NCBI GenBank assembly: GCA_964035545.1
Contig: OZ037767.1
Coordinates: forward strand, 7,574,581 to 7,638,580
DNA length: 64,000 nt
Source of the DNA: Bugula neritina
Lineage: Eukaryota; Animalia; Bryozoa
Direction: 5' to 3'
In this document: positions 1-13,335 of the stretch, in pieces
Layout of the letters: every line of letters begins with the position of its first letter
Numbering within the stretch: the first letter of the stretch is position 1
The notes under the pieces: generated by a model
What the model saw: the letters and a program-made list of their open reading frames with translations, nothing else
Database searches by the model: none
Told to the model about the DNA's origin: nothing
Made by a program: the position numbers and the translations under genes

Positions 1-494
1 ATAAAATATAGCTCTCTACTAACAAAGATTTTGCATGTTGCAGACCCTTAAAGGGTTTGTGTTTAAATATTATGCATGTCTTATGCATGTAATAAAAACA
101 GAAGTAGGTAGTAAGGATGTTTAATTTAATAATTTAAGTTACATAATATCTTATAATTAGGATAAAAATGCATGTGCTATACTATGCATGACCATGCTAC
201 AGTCATTGTCTTTAAACAGAAATTTGATTTAAAAAAATTTCCCAGCAATGAGTGGGAGGTAATCGATGCTACCAATATGTAACAACAAAGTTGTGTAGTA
301 AAAGCTCTTCATGATTATACAACTTGTCTGATTTGAGTTTGAAGCCTGCTAATTCATTGACTTAAAAATATTTTATTGGATAAATATAGATTGCAAGCAA
401 TATAAAAAATTAATTGATCTTTATGCAGAATGTAACCAAAGCTTCAACAGCTCCTAGTATCAATACTAACCTTTTCAGACTGAATGCTACTGAA

Positions 495-781
495 AAGCTG
501 TTTTTCCAGTGGTGAGGGCCAGCTTGAGCTGGGGGCCACAGCATCAGTATACTTCCAATACTTTATTCCAAACTCTCATGAATCATTACACAATTAAATT
601 CCAATTATTACTGCAGGCTGCATGTTTTATAGCATGCTTAGAATTAAGATATTTAAAAGGTGGTTTTTTCACTTTATTTCATGTATATGTGTAAAAACTA
701 GTTTTAGCTTTATGCCTTCGAGGGCCACAGAAATGTAAGCTGGGGGCTACATCTGGTCTGGGCCGCCTGTTGGACAGCCCT
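495..781. mobile_element. Possible degenerate hAT-type MITE fragment
   Basis: The right end GGGCCGCCTGTTGGACAGCCCT and internal GGGCCACA motifs resemble non-autonomous hAT/Charlie termini. The left end is poorly defined. Confidence 0.35.
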
Positions 782-1374
782 ACTCTAAAACTTTAGTAAT
801 AATGTGATCACCATCAAAGATAGCTCATAGGACCTTGGGTCTATTTCTCAAAATATGTTTTCTGCATATATCAAGTCTTGCTGTGCTAAAATTTATATTG
901 GTTACACACTGTATTCACGCAAAAAGCTGGCAAATTATTGTGCAAACTTGAGATTGGTAGGAGGGCTAACTGTGAAATCAACTAGGCACTATAGCTCAAA
1001 CAGATTTTTAGTATAACGAAAAAGCAAAAACGTGAATCAATAAATGCACTACTAATCATAAAAGCTTTAATCTTAAATGCAGCTGATATTGAGAAGAATT
1101 TCCTAGAAGTCCCTATGCTAACAGCTTGAGCACAAATTATGCAAATTGATGAGTGGAAAATAAAGATGGTGGTAGTAGTAATGTATCTCCAAACATGGAA
1201 AATATTAAGAACATTTTATATGAATTGCATTTGTTCTGTTGATATAGTGTATATGTATTTATAGGTGCAATATATAGGTTGTGAAATATATTTTGTTACA
1301 AATGATGTCAAAGTTCAGTAGCTATAGTGCCTAGTTGAAATTTCCAGCAAAGATAATCGATATTTATTAACATT

Positions 1375-2525
1375 CTACTAACACACTAGCTACTAATATA
1401 CTACTAATATACTACTAATATACTACTAATATACTACTAATATACTACTAATATATTACTCACATACTACTAATATACTACTAATATACTACTCACTGAC
1501 TACTAATATACTACTAATATACTACTAATATATTACTCACATACTACTAATATACTACTAATATACTACTCACTGACTACTAATATACTACTAATATACT
1601 ACTCACATACTACTAATATACTACTCACATACTACTCACATACTACTAATATACTACTAATATACTACTCACTGACTACTAATATACTACTAATATACTA
1701 CTCACTAGCTACTAATATACTACTAATATGTTACTAATATATTACTCACATACTACTAATATACTACTAATATACTACTAATATACTACTAATATACTAC
1801 TGATTTACTACTAATATACTACTAGTATACTACTCACTGACTACTAGTATACTACTCACTGACTACTAATATACTACTCACTGACTACTAATATACTACT
1901 AATGTACTACTCACATACTGCTAATATACTACTTTATACATACTACTAATATACTATCAATATACTACTCACTGACTACTGATATACTATTATTATAACT
2001 CACTGACTACTAATATACTACTAATGTACTACTCACTGACTACTAATATACTAATTTGTATATACTACTAATATACCATTCAGTACTCACTGACTACTAA
2101 TATATTACTAATATACTACTCACTGACTACTAATATACTACTAAGATACTACTAATACACTATTAATATACTATTAATATACTACGCACATACTACTAAT
2201 ATAAATTTTGATGCAATAAAAGAGAAATTTTTAAAGACCTCTTCTTTTGGCTTGTATAGTTTGGTTGAAATTTTCATGATTAAAGCATTATAAAGTTTTG
2301 CTATTTAACTTATCTAAAACACTGGTTTTTTCAACTTTCTTTTTTGCTGCATTTAAAATGTCACTTACTACTCACATACATACTAATTTACTACTCACAT
2401 ACTACTAATATACTACTAATATATTACTCACACACTACTCACATACTACTAATATACTACTAATACACTACTCACACACTACTAATATTATACTAACATT
2501 CTACTAATAATCTACTAACATTCTA
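1375..2525. repeat. 11-bp minisatellite (ATACTACTAAT with ACTCACTGACT/ACTCACATACT variants), two blocks at about 1375-2200 and 2365-2525
   Basis: Directly visible tandem units with an 11-nt period. Confidence 0.95.
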
Positions 2526-5309
2526 GGTTACCAATCTACCAATACTCCGCAAATAAGGCGCTTTTGAGTTTCTTTCTCAGCGGTTTGCTTGCATTTAGTT
2601 TTATAAATTAGTCATGTTGCTTGTACCTAGCCAGGGACTAGTTTCAAAAAATATGCAAACCAATAATGATTGCATTTGTATTTTGTGTTGCAACAGAAAT
2701 ATTTCTACCAGGGTTGATGCTAGTGTGGTAACATTATTCTAATTCCATGTATCAGCTACTGTTGCTCATTAGAAATTTGCCAAAGAAGTCAGAGTTGTAA
2801 GAGTAGTTTTAAATAATACTAAAACAATACTAAGTCAGGTCTATTTACCAACTCATTCTGGTCTGTGTAATATAAATAGAATATAGCTCCTTTCGCTGTT
2901 TACTGTAAATAACAAAAATAGTAACGTGAGATTCCATTCACATTACACAAGCTATTATAAAACAGCATACACTAAACCATAACTCTTCATTCTTACTTAC
3001 TGTACCGTAGACCGTAATGCAAAACATCAGCCATTTTTAATGTGTCCGAGCTGAAGTTTTAAAAGTTTGCTATTATGTACGATCTATGACACTTCATTGA
3101 ACAATTATATGCAATGAGTTGACGCAAAAGTTCTTCTGTCCAATAGAAGTCCGCCACAACATTTTTGAATCAAGCAGTGCTTGATTTTAATGTACTGCAA
3201 CGCTGTACAGGAAGCTCAGGCATTTGTAAAAACGGCTGCCATTTGCTGTTAAGGCACGCAGTATGGTGAGTGTGAATAAGAGGTTATGACTGTTGGCCTG
3301 CATTCATATACAGCAGTTTCTTGGGCAGATCGAGTATTGTGTCTAGTGAAGGTATTTCAACATGATATAGGAACTCAAAAGCGCCTCAAACTGTTAGCCC
3401 TTCTCTAATCAAGTCTAGTAGCAATACAGTGCTGTAAATGTACAGCTATGTGCAGAAATGATATAAGACATATCTCAATGTAGCGCCATAAAGCTGGTAG
3501 GAAACCGCATATTTTGGCTGTTTTCCACAGGACTGTCTGTAAGAGCTTATAGGCTTTGCCAACACATTCACCTTCTATATAAGGTACTATAGTCAAGCAC
3601 CAGTTTTGTTTAATAAGCAAAAGCACTATTACCTGTCTCTGCTTTTATGCTGCAGAAGGTATACTAGAAACAAAACTTTATTGTTTCTAGAAGGCTGTGT
3701 TAAAAATTCTTTGGGTTTTCTGGTGTTTTGGGATGTAACTGCATGTATGTTTGAGTTGGTAATTTTTCCTACTCAACAAAGGTAACAAACCAGCACTTCT
3801 GCTTGACCAGATGTTCTGATGCACTTTGTATGAATGGTTTGCCTTGAAGTGTTCCAAGTCAAATCTAAGTAAGTTCTAATGCAATGAGATGTACATGCTC
3901 TCGAATTTGCATGTTAGCATGGACTGCTGCATGTGACAACAGCATAAAATTACACAATTTAAAATGGGGGATTCACAGCGGCTAGGTTGAAGTAGATCTT
4001 CATTAATGTAACTCAGTCATCCAGAGCTTTGAAGACTATAGCTCCTTAAATACAGCACCTCATATACATAATAATATATTAACTTATAGTGGATTAACTC
4101 ATAGACATGAAAAGTTTTTTCCCTCAATTCTGCAATAACACAGAACTTCGCTTAGATGTATAGAAACAACAGGACAATGCACCATTTCAATATATTGCAA
4201 TCTACGCAATATGGAAGATATCAATAGAAATTTGCCTAATTAATAATTATTAGACTTTTTTTGCTAATTAGTTATTATATAGAAGCTTAGTACCTATAAT
4301 AGTATGTCAAATGCAATGGTACTTTGAACAGCAATGAGGGGGGGGGAGGGGGTAAGGAGAGTCGAGGGTAAGGGTTAACCAATGATGTCCGGGTTCAATT
4401 TCAGATACCTTTATCCTAATGCCAGCGCATTTTGTTTGCTGTTGTTTCGAATTTTGACAAAATGCTTTGCTTTAAATCAGTAACTATAATTTCCCTGTTT
4501 GTTGCAATATTATATTATGGTTTATGAGCAGTTATTGCTACGTGTGATAATATATAATGATTATTATTGTTTTTGGTTCTACAAATTGTGTCCTTGCTTT
4601 TGAAATCTTCAAACCTATTGACAGTGTTTTTCACATTTTTTTGAAAACTTTTAAAAAGCAAAACTTTAGAAGCAAACTAATGCAAATTATGTAAAACTAA
4701 ACATATTTTGAAGTTGATACTTGCAGAAAGAAAATCTTTATTAAAATGAATAAGAATTGAAAAATAGCAAGCAATGCAAGAATATATTACTTAGGCATTA
4801 TACCAATATTTGTGAGCATGTCACAATCATATAATATTATGGTGAAAGTTTAGAATAAACAGAAATGATTTAAAGGAACTTATAACTAATCAAATTGACC
4901 AGCTGCAGAGTTGAACTCTAGAAAGTGTCACAAGACAACACTGTATCCTGACAACAACCCACAGGCAAGACAACCACCTGACATGGTGTATTGATCAGAT
5001 GGTGAGTAAACAAGAGACAGATATTCTAATTGCCTCATTTATACCAGAAGTGTTGAGTTGCTTTGTGCTGGTGATCCCAGTATAACAGGACACATAATTA
5101 TATGGGCTGTTTTAGGTTATAACCCTCAATGAGTTCAACAAACTTTGAGGCTACAAACTAGTTTACTGATAAACTAAGTTCATTTTTTCATTCTTATTGT
5201 TGATTAAAAACTAAAGTTCTGACAACAAGGCTGTTGACTAGTGACAAGTGGTAGAGGCCAAAATGAGTGGGTGATAACATATATATTTAATAGCATAATA
5301 TTATATACA

Positions 5310-5400
5310 TAATTATGTATACACATGTATATACACATGTCTATACACATGTATATACACATGCATATATACATGTATATGTATATATACACACATGCAC
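5310..5400. repeat. Alternating purine-pyrimidine simple repeat (ATATACACATGT)n
   Basis: Directly visible; it explains the spurious ORFs 5204-5419 and 5325-5540. Confidence 0.85.
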
Positions 5401-5824
5401 AGTATATCACTGCTAACATTCAAAATTATCTTCTACATTTGAATTTCAGTTTTCTACTTTATGAAAGTAAAAGTGGGTTTGACAACGAAACATATACTTC
5501 ATGTCTGGTATTAGAAACTTCAGAAGTTTATAAAACATAATGTTTACTCTGATAACTCTTTGAATAATACAGAATATTGATACATAAGTTGCCTAATGAT
5601 GAGTTAGTGGTTGCTTAGCTCTAGCAGTGATTCTATGACGTCAGAATGTCACAACTATCTGATATAAGTTTTAAAATAGATATGAATGACCCAAAAGAAA
5701 CTGTTCAAAACAAGTTGTAGATAAAACTCTACTATTTAAAGTGAAACACTTGCATTAAAGTCACAGTCTGATAAATTCTTCTCTAAACTTGACCAGAGTA
5801 TTGCTTGTTTATCATATGACGGAT

Positions 5825-6543
5825 ATGAAGGTGGCAGCTTTTGTGATTGCTTTAACGTTAGTTCTAGCTGTGAGCGCTGTAGATGTAACGTGCCCTGATG
5901 GTGAGTAGTGTGCAATGCTGAATATGCTTAAGTATTTTTTGTCTACTGTTTTCACATGTTACATACGTTACATTAATGTATTAAAAAGTAATTAGAATTC
6001 AATTTTAAATTGAGTTTGAGAAAAAGTGCAGCTATAGACTCAAAATAAATGTCATATAACAACATGAGTTGTTCTACAGAATCCCAATTTGATTGATCGT
6101 TATACAAATATATTATTGAAACTTTTTGTAAAAATTGTCTAGACCTATATCTTTAACTGTGAATACAAATAATATAACTTTTTAATTCCTACGCATATAT
6201 AAGGTCCAACTTGTAAGTCGATAAGCAAAATAATCTTCGTGATGTACATAATAATATGTTGATCCAATTTCTTTTTCATTTATTATGCTTGCTACTACAC
6301 CATGTAGGTTAATAATATACACACTAGTAACACGTCGCATTTTATACTACAGGTGACATGTGCTCCTGTTGTTATTTGGGTAACAAGTATACACCAAACG
6401 TAACAGATGAGTGTGAATCTTTCACACAGACCTTTCAGGGTGCTGAGTATTCCGTGAGCTGCTCTCCGGGCTTGACCTTTGACCTCCGAACCTGTGTCTG
6501 TGAATGGTCACACTCTGTCCAATGCAAGGAATGTAATTCATAA
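5825..6543 (+). CDS. Small secreted chitin-binding type-2 (CBM14/peritrophin-A, tachycitin-like) peptide, 88 aa, 2 coding exons
   Basis: Exon 5825-5900 (MKVAAFVIALTLVLAVSAVDVTCPD, signal peptide, GTGAGT donor, phase 1) joins exon 6353-6543 (CAG acceptor) in frame. It carries the motif CSPGLTFDLRTCVCEW...VQC. AATAAA lies at about 6619. Confidence 0.85.
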
Positions 6544-7879
6544 TATGTTTAAGAAACTGCAAGCTGTTTTTTAAATGCTTTGAATATAATATACGTTGTG
6601 TTGATGGTTGATTCACACAAATAAAATAATACAGGAACATATAATAAACCCCATCGATTTATTAATTCGGAAACATACACACCATGCATGCAAGACCTTC
6701 ATGAAATACACGTATAAGCAACAACATATGCCAACATATGCATATATAAGTTGCCAATTACATCAATTATTCAATGTTTTTATAAATGCTTAATTTACTA
6801 AATGAGTTGATATTTTATTGATCTTTTCAATTCTATTATATAGGTGCGAAGCTAATTGTCATTGTTTATATATAGATAACTTTATAGTCATTAGAATAAA
6901 TTAGTATCTAGCTATGGATATAGTTTATAATGTATATACATTAAACCAGGTGGTGGGTCTTTATTTGTTTCAAAAGCATCGCAAAAGGAGACACTGCAGA
7001 GTTGACCAAAAACATATGACATTTAAAAGAAAAAATAATAAATATTATAATGGACAATAATACCCAGATAGGCCGACAATGGCATTAGATTTTCAGTGAA
7101 CTGAAGCATATGCCTTTGGGAAACAATCTTATTATTTTCATGCAAACCTGAGTATAATATTAGAAAGTAAATATCTAAAATTTTTGCAAAAATCAATCAC
7201 CTTACAGTCAAATTATCTCTATATGCTTACAATAATTTGTCTAGTATGGCATAGATAACTCCATGTTTTAATCTGGCAACTCTTATAATAATTATATAAC
7301 TTTTGCTCTATTGCTTCTCATGGCATCTTATTTGATGAAAATTTATATATTTGAAGTCATTAGTAATACAACATTTTATAAAATTTCACTTGTGTAGTTT
7401 TATTTACAGCTTTATAATATAATATAATATTGAGCTTTCTCTATTCTCTAGTAGTAAAGCTAGCTAAATACAGTTTCCTTTGGCAATATGCATCTTCTGC
7501 AGTGCATGCTATGTTTTCCAGGGTGCAAAATAATGTTATGGTGGCTAAACTTAACACGTTTGAAGCTTTTTAATAGAACAGTGCTGATAGCAAATCCTCT
7601 TCAACAGAATTAGTCATTACCAAATTACAAAATGTAAAACTAGAAAACATTAAAGAAATCAAATAATTTATTTAACGTTTTTTTCTACAATATTCACACA
7701 CTGTGGCAATTAAATTAAACAAGATAAAAGCAAATTTACAAAATATTCACAATATAGGGTAAGGCATGACACATGCAGTCTGAACACATCAAAATTAAAT
7801 TAGCAAAATGAAATAATAAAAAAAGCAGTCCACAATTTCTGCCTCAGTCAAAAGTATCAGGTAGGAATGCAAACAACAT

Positions 7880-10800
7880 CTAAGCTGTTGATTTGTCTGA
7901 ACTGTCTTTGTCACCATCTGCTAGAGCTGTAGTGACATCCTGTGGATCTACCTGCTGTTGTCCAGGACCTAGAGAAGGTGAGGCCTCCCCATCTCCACAC
8001 TTATTAGGGTGAAGTGAGGGAGAAGCTGGAGTTACCTCACCTTCCCCGTCTTCACCAGAGCCAGGAGACTCTAAGGCTTCGTTAGACTGAGGCTTCACAT
8101 TATCAGAACTTGCTTCACCCTCCTTTGCACTCTCTTCACATGGAACCTTCAGCTCACTATCATCCGGGGTGCTAGGCTCTTTGGATGAGGAGTTGTCTTC
8201 CACTGGAGAAGTGGTGGTATGGTTGTCTTCTGTTGTTTGATCTGAAGGAGAGACTTTGCTATTATCAACATTCAAGGTCGTTGCAGAGTCAGGATTGGTT
8301 GATACACCAGCAGGCTGATCTGTCGGTAAATCTTTCGGGACTGTAAAGGAAAGACATACATTAAAATAAAAATAATAGATTTCAATAATTATGTTTCTTG
8401 TAAATTCTCAAGTCAATTGGAATCACAATGAAACAAAATTGAAGTTTTGAAATTTGTATTTAGTAATTTACATCACAATATTTGCTGGCATTGAACCTCA
8501 CCACAAAGCAAACTTTTCATGAATATGCACTAGACTTTGCATTTATAGTAGTAGCCAAGTTTATTCTCACAACGAAAATAAAAAAGCTGCACCTGGCAGG
8601 TTTTTCTATTTCACATTTAATAACACCATTATTGCGCAAAACTATTCCGATACATACAGCATATGATATATTGCATAGTTACAAATTACAAACATGCCAA
8701 ATAATGTAAAATACATAGTGCAAAAGAGATAACATATATATGACGTAACGTAATGAGTAATATAATTTGATTAGGCAAACCTTCTTTTGTAGCAGCACTC
8801 TCAGGGTCAGCAAATATTTTCTTAACATTCTTGTCATATAAATGTTTATCCTTATCCAAGAACACACAAAATACTATTCGTCCATCCTACATGTGTGCAA
8901 ATAAAAACAACATTATAATGACCAGCTCCTGATATATAGAATGCATGGTGCAGCTACTACCATATAAAGTCATAACTCCATGCAGGATAGTTGTAACTGA
9001 AATAACCAACCGGAGATCTCAAAGTACAAAGTAACCATCATACTTTAAACTGAACACCATCGTTTTATATACTATAATAAAATAATGTTCAATCTTTAAT
9101 ATCTGATGGTCACATAAATCAAGCTAGGGACATATGATAGAGAAATCCACAATTCATTGAAATAAAAATAGTAAAGTTGAAATGAAAAAAGTGAGCTCAC
9201 TAAAAGTTATCGGCCAAATAGATAACTACCAGAAACTTTCCTTAATTTGACTGCCTGAAATCCATTCAACCTAAGCTTTAGTGACTTAGTGCTTTGTTGA
9301 AGCATACAAAATAATGGAAACTGTGACTAGTCAATAAACACAACAACCCTTTCAATATTCAGGTATTTGTTTTAGCCTGGGGAATCACGCAAATAACTTT
9401 GGTGACCTTGAGAATGTCTCTTGACAACCAAAGACCAGTGATATATTTGAGACAGGGCACTTGTGTTCAAATATCATTATGTTTTGTAGAACATGTTATT
9501 TACCCAGTCAGAGTTATCTCGCAGCCATTTCTGCACAGTCTTAAGGGCAACATGGCAAGCTTTCTCGTTTGGGTAGCCTATGAAAAGTAAAAAGTTAAAA
9601 TGCAAACTTAAGTATAAAATGTACAACAGCAATAAAGTTGGTAATGTGCAAAGATTAATATCAACTAAGTCTAAGCAACCAATGCTGTAGCATTTCTGCA
9701 TAATTATTGTTAATTCATGGCAATTGTTAAAAAAAACCGAAAATGATTTTTCAAATTTCAAATGTGACATAAAGAGTTTGTGTGACTAAATGGAATTTTC
9801 TAGTATTGTTCAGTAAAGTGAAGATTACATGTGTTGTCTCACATATGGCAGAAATTGGCAATCCCAACTAATGTTGTGACCTAAAGGGTATAAAATAAGG
9901 AAGAGATTCATAGTGTGAAATATAATTATTTTGAAACCATTAGGTATGTACTCACTCTATTTCCACTTGCTAAGTTTAATATTTGAGTAACCAGCAATAT
10001 ATTATAAGGAATAATGCAATCACCAAATATTCCAGTTGATATACAGGGAAAAGCTACAGTCTTTAGATTTTTTTTCTTTACAATCTGTAGTACAGAGTTG
10101 TAACAGCTTGCCAGTACATCTGGTCTCTCCCCTCTGGGTCCCACTGTATGTATTATGTCTAAACAACAACATTAAAACTCCTACATAAAATGAAACCACA
10201 GCTGTATCACTGCAGAATAACCATAATATTGTCAGAAGTGTTTATCGTATGAACATAAACATCTCCAATGTAACAGAACTGAAAGCAAGACTGAACTTTG
10301 ACATTAACTAGTATATGATTATAAGAGACAAGGAGAGAAATGATATACAGCACTTTAATTGAGCAGCCAAATAGACACTGCTAGATATTGAACTCTGCCC
10401 AAATACAGCAAAAGTGCTGTAAAAAATCTATATTATGCCCCAGGAAACAAGTTAGTTTGATATCTTAGCTAACAGCCGCTACATTTACTGCCTAATGTAA
10501 TTTGATAATTTTATATTCATGGCCAGAGGGAATAGCATGCCTTCGATTATAATAACCTGCTGAATAAACTTTGATCCTCAGTGAGAGACCTCCAATGTAA
10601 TTGATTATATTCAACAATTGACTTACCAATAATATCACTTTGCATTTAGCACAAACATTAGGCTTTTCAAGAAATACATAGTAATAACAGGCTAGTAGTT
10701 GAGTGCTATTATTGAATAGCATTGAAATTCATATTGAATGAACAACCAGTACCAATATCAATAGATAAAATTCTTCAGTATATAAATTATAGAAATGCAA

Positions 10801-13335
10801 GTGCCGTTGTAACAGCAATGAGAAAAAAACCTTTAGCCACTGGTCCATGTAAATTACTAAAGGGTACAAAACTATCAAGAGTACGCAACCCTTTGCATTC
10901 AACAAACATACTGAAATGATTACTTATAGTTAACTTTATATTTAGATGGTTAAATGGACCATACAAATGTCTTACTCAAGTTTATAGTAAATTTTAGATA
11001 AGCTTTAAACAAATAAAAAAGACCACCCAGTATATTAATAAACAAGCAACTGCGTACAGCAAATGAACAGGGTTATAAAATAATAAAGTGAACGTTGAGT
11101 AACCTAAAACTCTAGTAATCCAACACTCACAATTAGCGGGTAACTTGTAACCACCCGTTAGCTTTGCCTCTCCGGGCTCACAACCACTGCTATAGCTTGC
11201 TTTGCACTCTTCGAGTAAGTCAGTGCCAGCAGCTTTGTGTATGGCCCCATCAACTAGAAACAGCAGTTGCACCTCACGAGAAAGATATTTCAAACATGAT
11301 ACACACTATTCTTAATTATGACGTGTATAAAAAATAAACTACATCAGCAGATGAATGGAAGAAGAAACATTTAAAATATCAAAATATAAGCACCGAGCAT
11401 AGATACATAGCTTCAATTGATGAAACACCAAGAGATAGATCCTATGCAATACAATGCATGTAACGTATTGCCACTAATCTTGAGTAGATAACAATTGGGC
11501 GACCTACCACCTCCTCCGCCCATCATCCGTTCATTCGCAGCGTTTACGATGGCGTCAAACTCTAAAGATGTGATGTCACCTTGCCACACACAAATCTTAT
11601 TCAGCAAAGCCTTTTCAGAGCCTACGAGAGCACAGAACAATATGGATGTGATAATACACACACCAAGGCTGAAGATTCATGAGCCATCCTACTACACAGG
11701 AGAACATATTGATGAGAACAGAGAGAATAGCAATGAGGGAATCAGCACATCATATGATATAAACAATGGTTGCCAGTTCTCCCCCAGAACTTACCTGGTG
11801 TGTTTGATCCTGCCCTTGGAAAGGTAGATTCTGTGTACTCTACATAAGATCTTGTCAGATACCCTTTACGCCTTTCAGACCGAGGCATGTTCAGATACTT
11901 ATCTACACCAAAGAGCATACCATGTGTAAAATTAGGAGAAAGAAAAACTCACTGAGCTAATGACTTCAGAATAAAGTTGCGTTTATACCTCCGCTGAAAA
12001 AAGTACCGAGTTTCAGTTAATCACCCTTGTCCGAGTACCCCTTCATAGTCAAATCGAAAATCGGTCGAATCATATTGTCGCAGAAGCTTACTTAATCATT
12101 TTTTGATGCCCTTTGAAAACATCGTAAATTAGTGAAGTTGACAGCATAAAAGCGATAATTGAGAAGGCATAGGGGATATAATTATTAACATATAAGTACG
12201 TCATCTAATTGCCAAAGTAATAACTAAATAACGATGTTTACAAGGAGGTATTACTTCTTTTGAGTATTATTCTGAAATTGGCCGATTAAGTTATCATAAT
12301 ACAACAATTTTTACGAGTGGCTTTTACAATGCAATGCAACTCGGAGAAATTTCAACTTGGCCAAATTGAATTTCTGACTGAAAATCGTGAAGATATAAAC
12401 GCAACGTAACACATGAGAGTCATGATTTCAATATGATTTCAACGAGTTTCAGTTTGACTATAAAGGGGTACCCGGACAAGCATTATTAACTTAAACTCAG
12501 TACTTTTTCAGCAGAGGTATAAACGCAACTTATGTATAATTGCTTTACAGGTATAAGAGTCATGTCCCGTTTCAAACAGTTTTTTTGGTGCAAAACTTAA
12601 CCTTCGGTTAAAATCAATATTGTAGAAAGCAAAAATTGAAGTGGGACTCATACTAGGCCAATACAAATTTAGCCAATACAAAAATTTTGAAACTTGATAC
12701 AAAAAGGGTTGCAAATAGGTAAAAAGTATTTAACATTCAAATGAGAAACTCACCTTTTTCCTTTTCCCAACTCATTTTAGGCTTCTTTTGCATCGTGACA
12801 CTTTGGGATTCTGATGACTGCAATTCTGGCAGCTCTGAGCAACTCGAACTCCTAGAGGTGGGAGGGCTTCTTCTACCAGACACTTTTGGTTTGCAAATAG
12901 TGAAACAAAACAACCAACTAAGCAATATGCAAAATTGCCATTATTAAACATAATAGAGCTACAGGAGTCATGTCCCATGGCAAGCAAATCTTTTGGTGCA
13001 AAACTTAGCTTTCAGCTAAAACTAATATTGTAAAAAACAAAAATATAAGTGGCTCTTGTATAAAAAAAATTTAGCCAATACAAAACTTTTGAAACTTGAC
13101 CATGAAAAAGAGTTGCAAATGAATAAAAAATATTTAACATACAGTTGAGACACTTACTTTTTTTTTCTCTCCAAGTTTGGGATCCCGATGACGGCATTTC
13201 GGGTGCCACTGAGCAACTTGAACTCCTGGAGGTAGGAGGGCTTCTTCTATCAGACACTTTCGGTCTGGAGAAGAATGAAAACAACAGGGCAAGAAACCCG
13301 CAAATTGAACTCCACATTCGACGCAATCTCTCCAT
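7880..13335 (-). CDS. MACROD2: MacroD1/MacroD2-like macro-domain ADP-ribosylhydrolase (O-acetyl-ADP-ribose deacetylase) with an acidic disordered C-terminal tail
   Basis: Phase-consistent exons: 13335-13158 (or alternative 12793-12754), 11902-11795, 11621-11508, 11253-11131, 10158-10024, 9577-9504, 8886-8781, 8340-7880. Motifs: [60 protein letters not shown]. The N-terminal [21 protein letters not shown] resembles MacroD2. The symbol means MacroD-family homolog, not proven orthology. Confidence 0.9.
11974..12531. mobile_element. MITE-like non-autonomous DNA element in the macro-gene intron, with ~80-bp inverted repeats
   Basis: About 11974-12056 (AAGTTGCGTTTATACCTCCGCTGAAAAAAGTACC..CTTGTCCGAGTACCCC) is the reverse complement of about 12450-12531. 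A second terminus-like TATAAACGCAAC lies at about 12394-12405. Confidence 0.75.
12546..13268. repeat. Diverged tandem duplication (copies at about 12546-12895 and 12960-13268) containing the macro-gene first exon and adjacent intron
   Basis: Colinear blocks occur in both copies: GAGTCATGTCCC, TTTTGGTGCAAAACTT, AAATTTAGCCAATACAAAA, GAGCAACT.GAACTCCT.GAGGT.GGAGGGCTTCTTCTA.CAGACACTTT. Confidence 0.9.

Noticed and set aside
1375-2525. CRISPR-like or coding repeat array
   Set aside because: Contiguous 11-bp units with no unique spacers and no cas genes, in a eukaryotic context.
11495-11827. 110-aa plus-strand ORF
   Set aside because: Antisense to macro exons, non-ATG start and no recognisable motif.
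12024-12046. ATG AAG GGG TAC.. as the macro-gene start exon
   Set aside because: It lies within the MITE inverted repeat. The exons ending at 12754/13158 supply the MacroD-like W.E.K motif in the correct phase.
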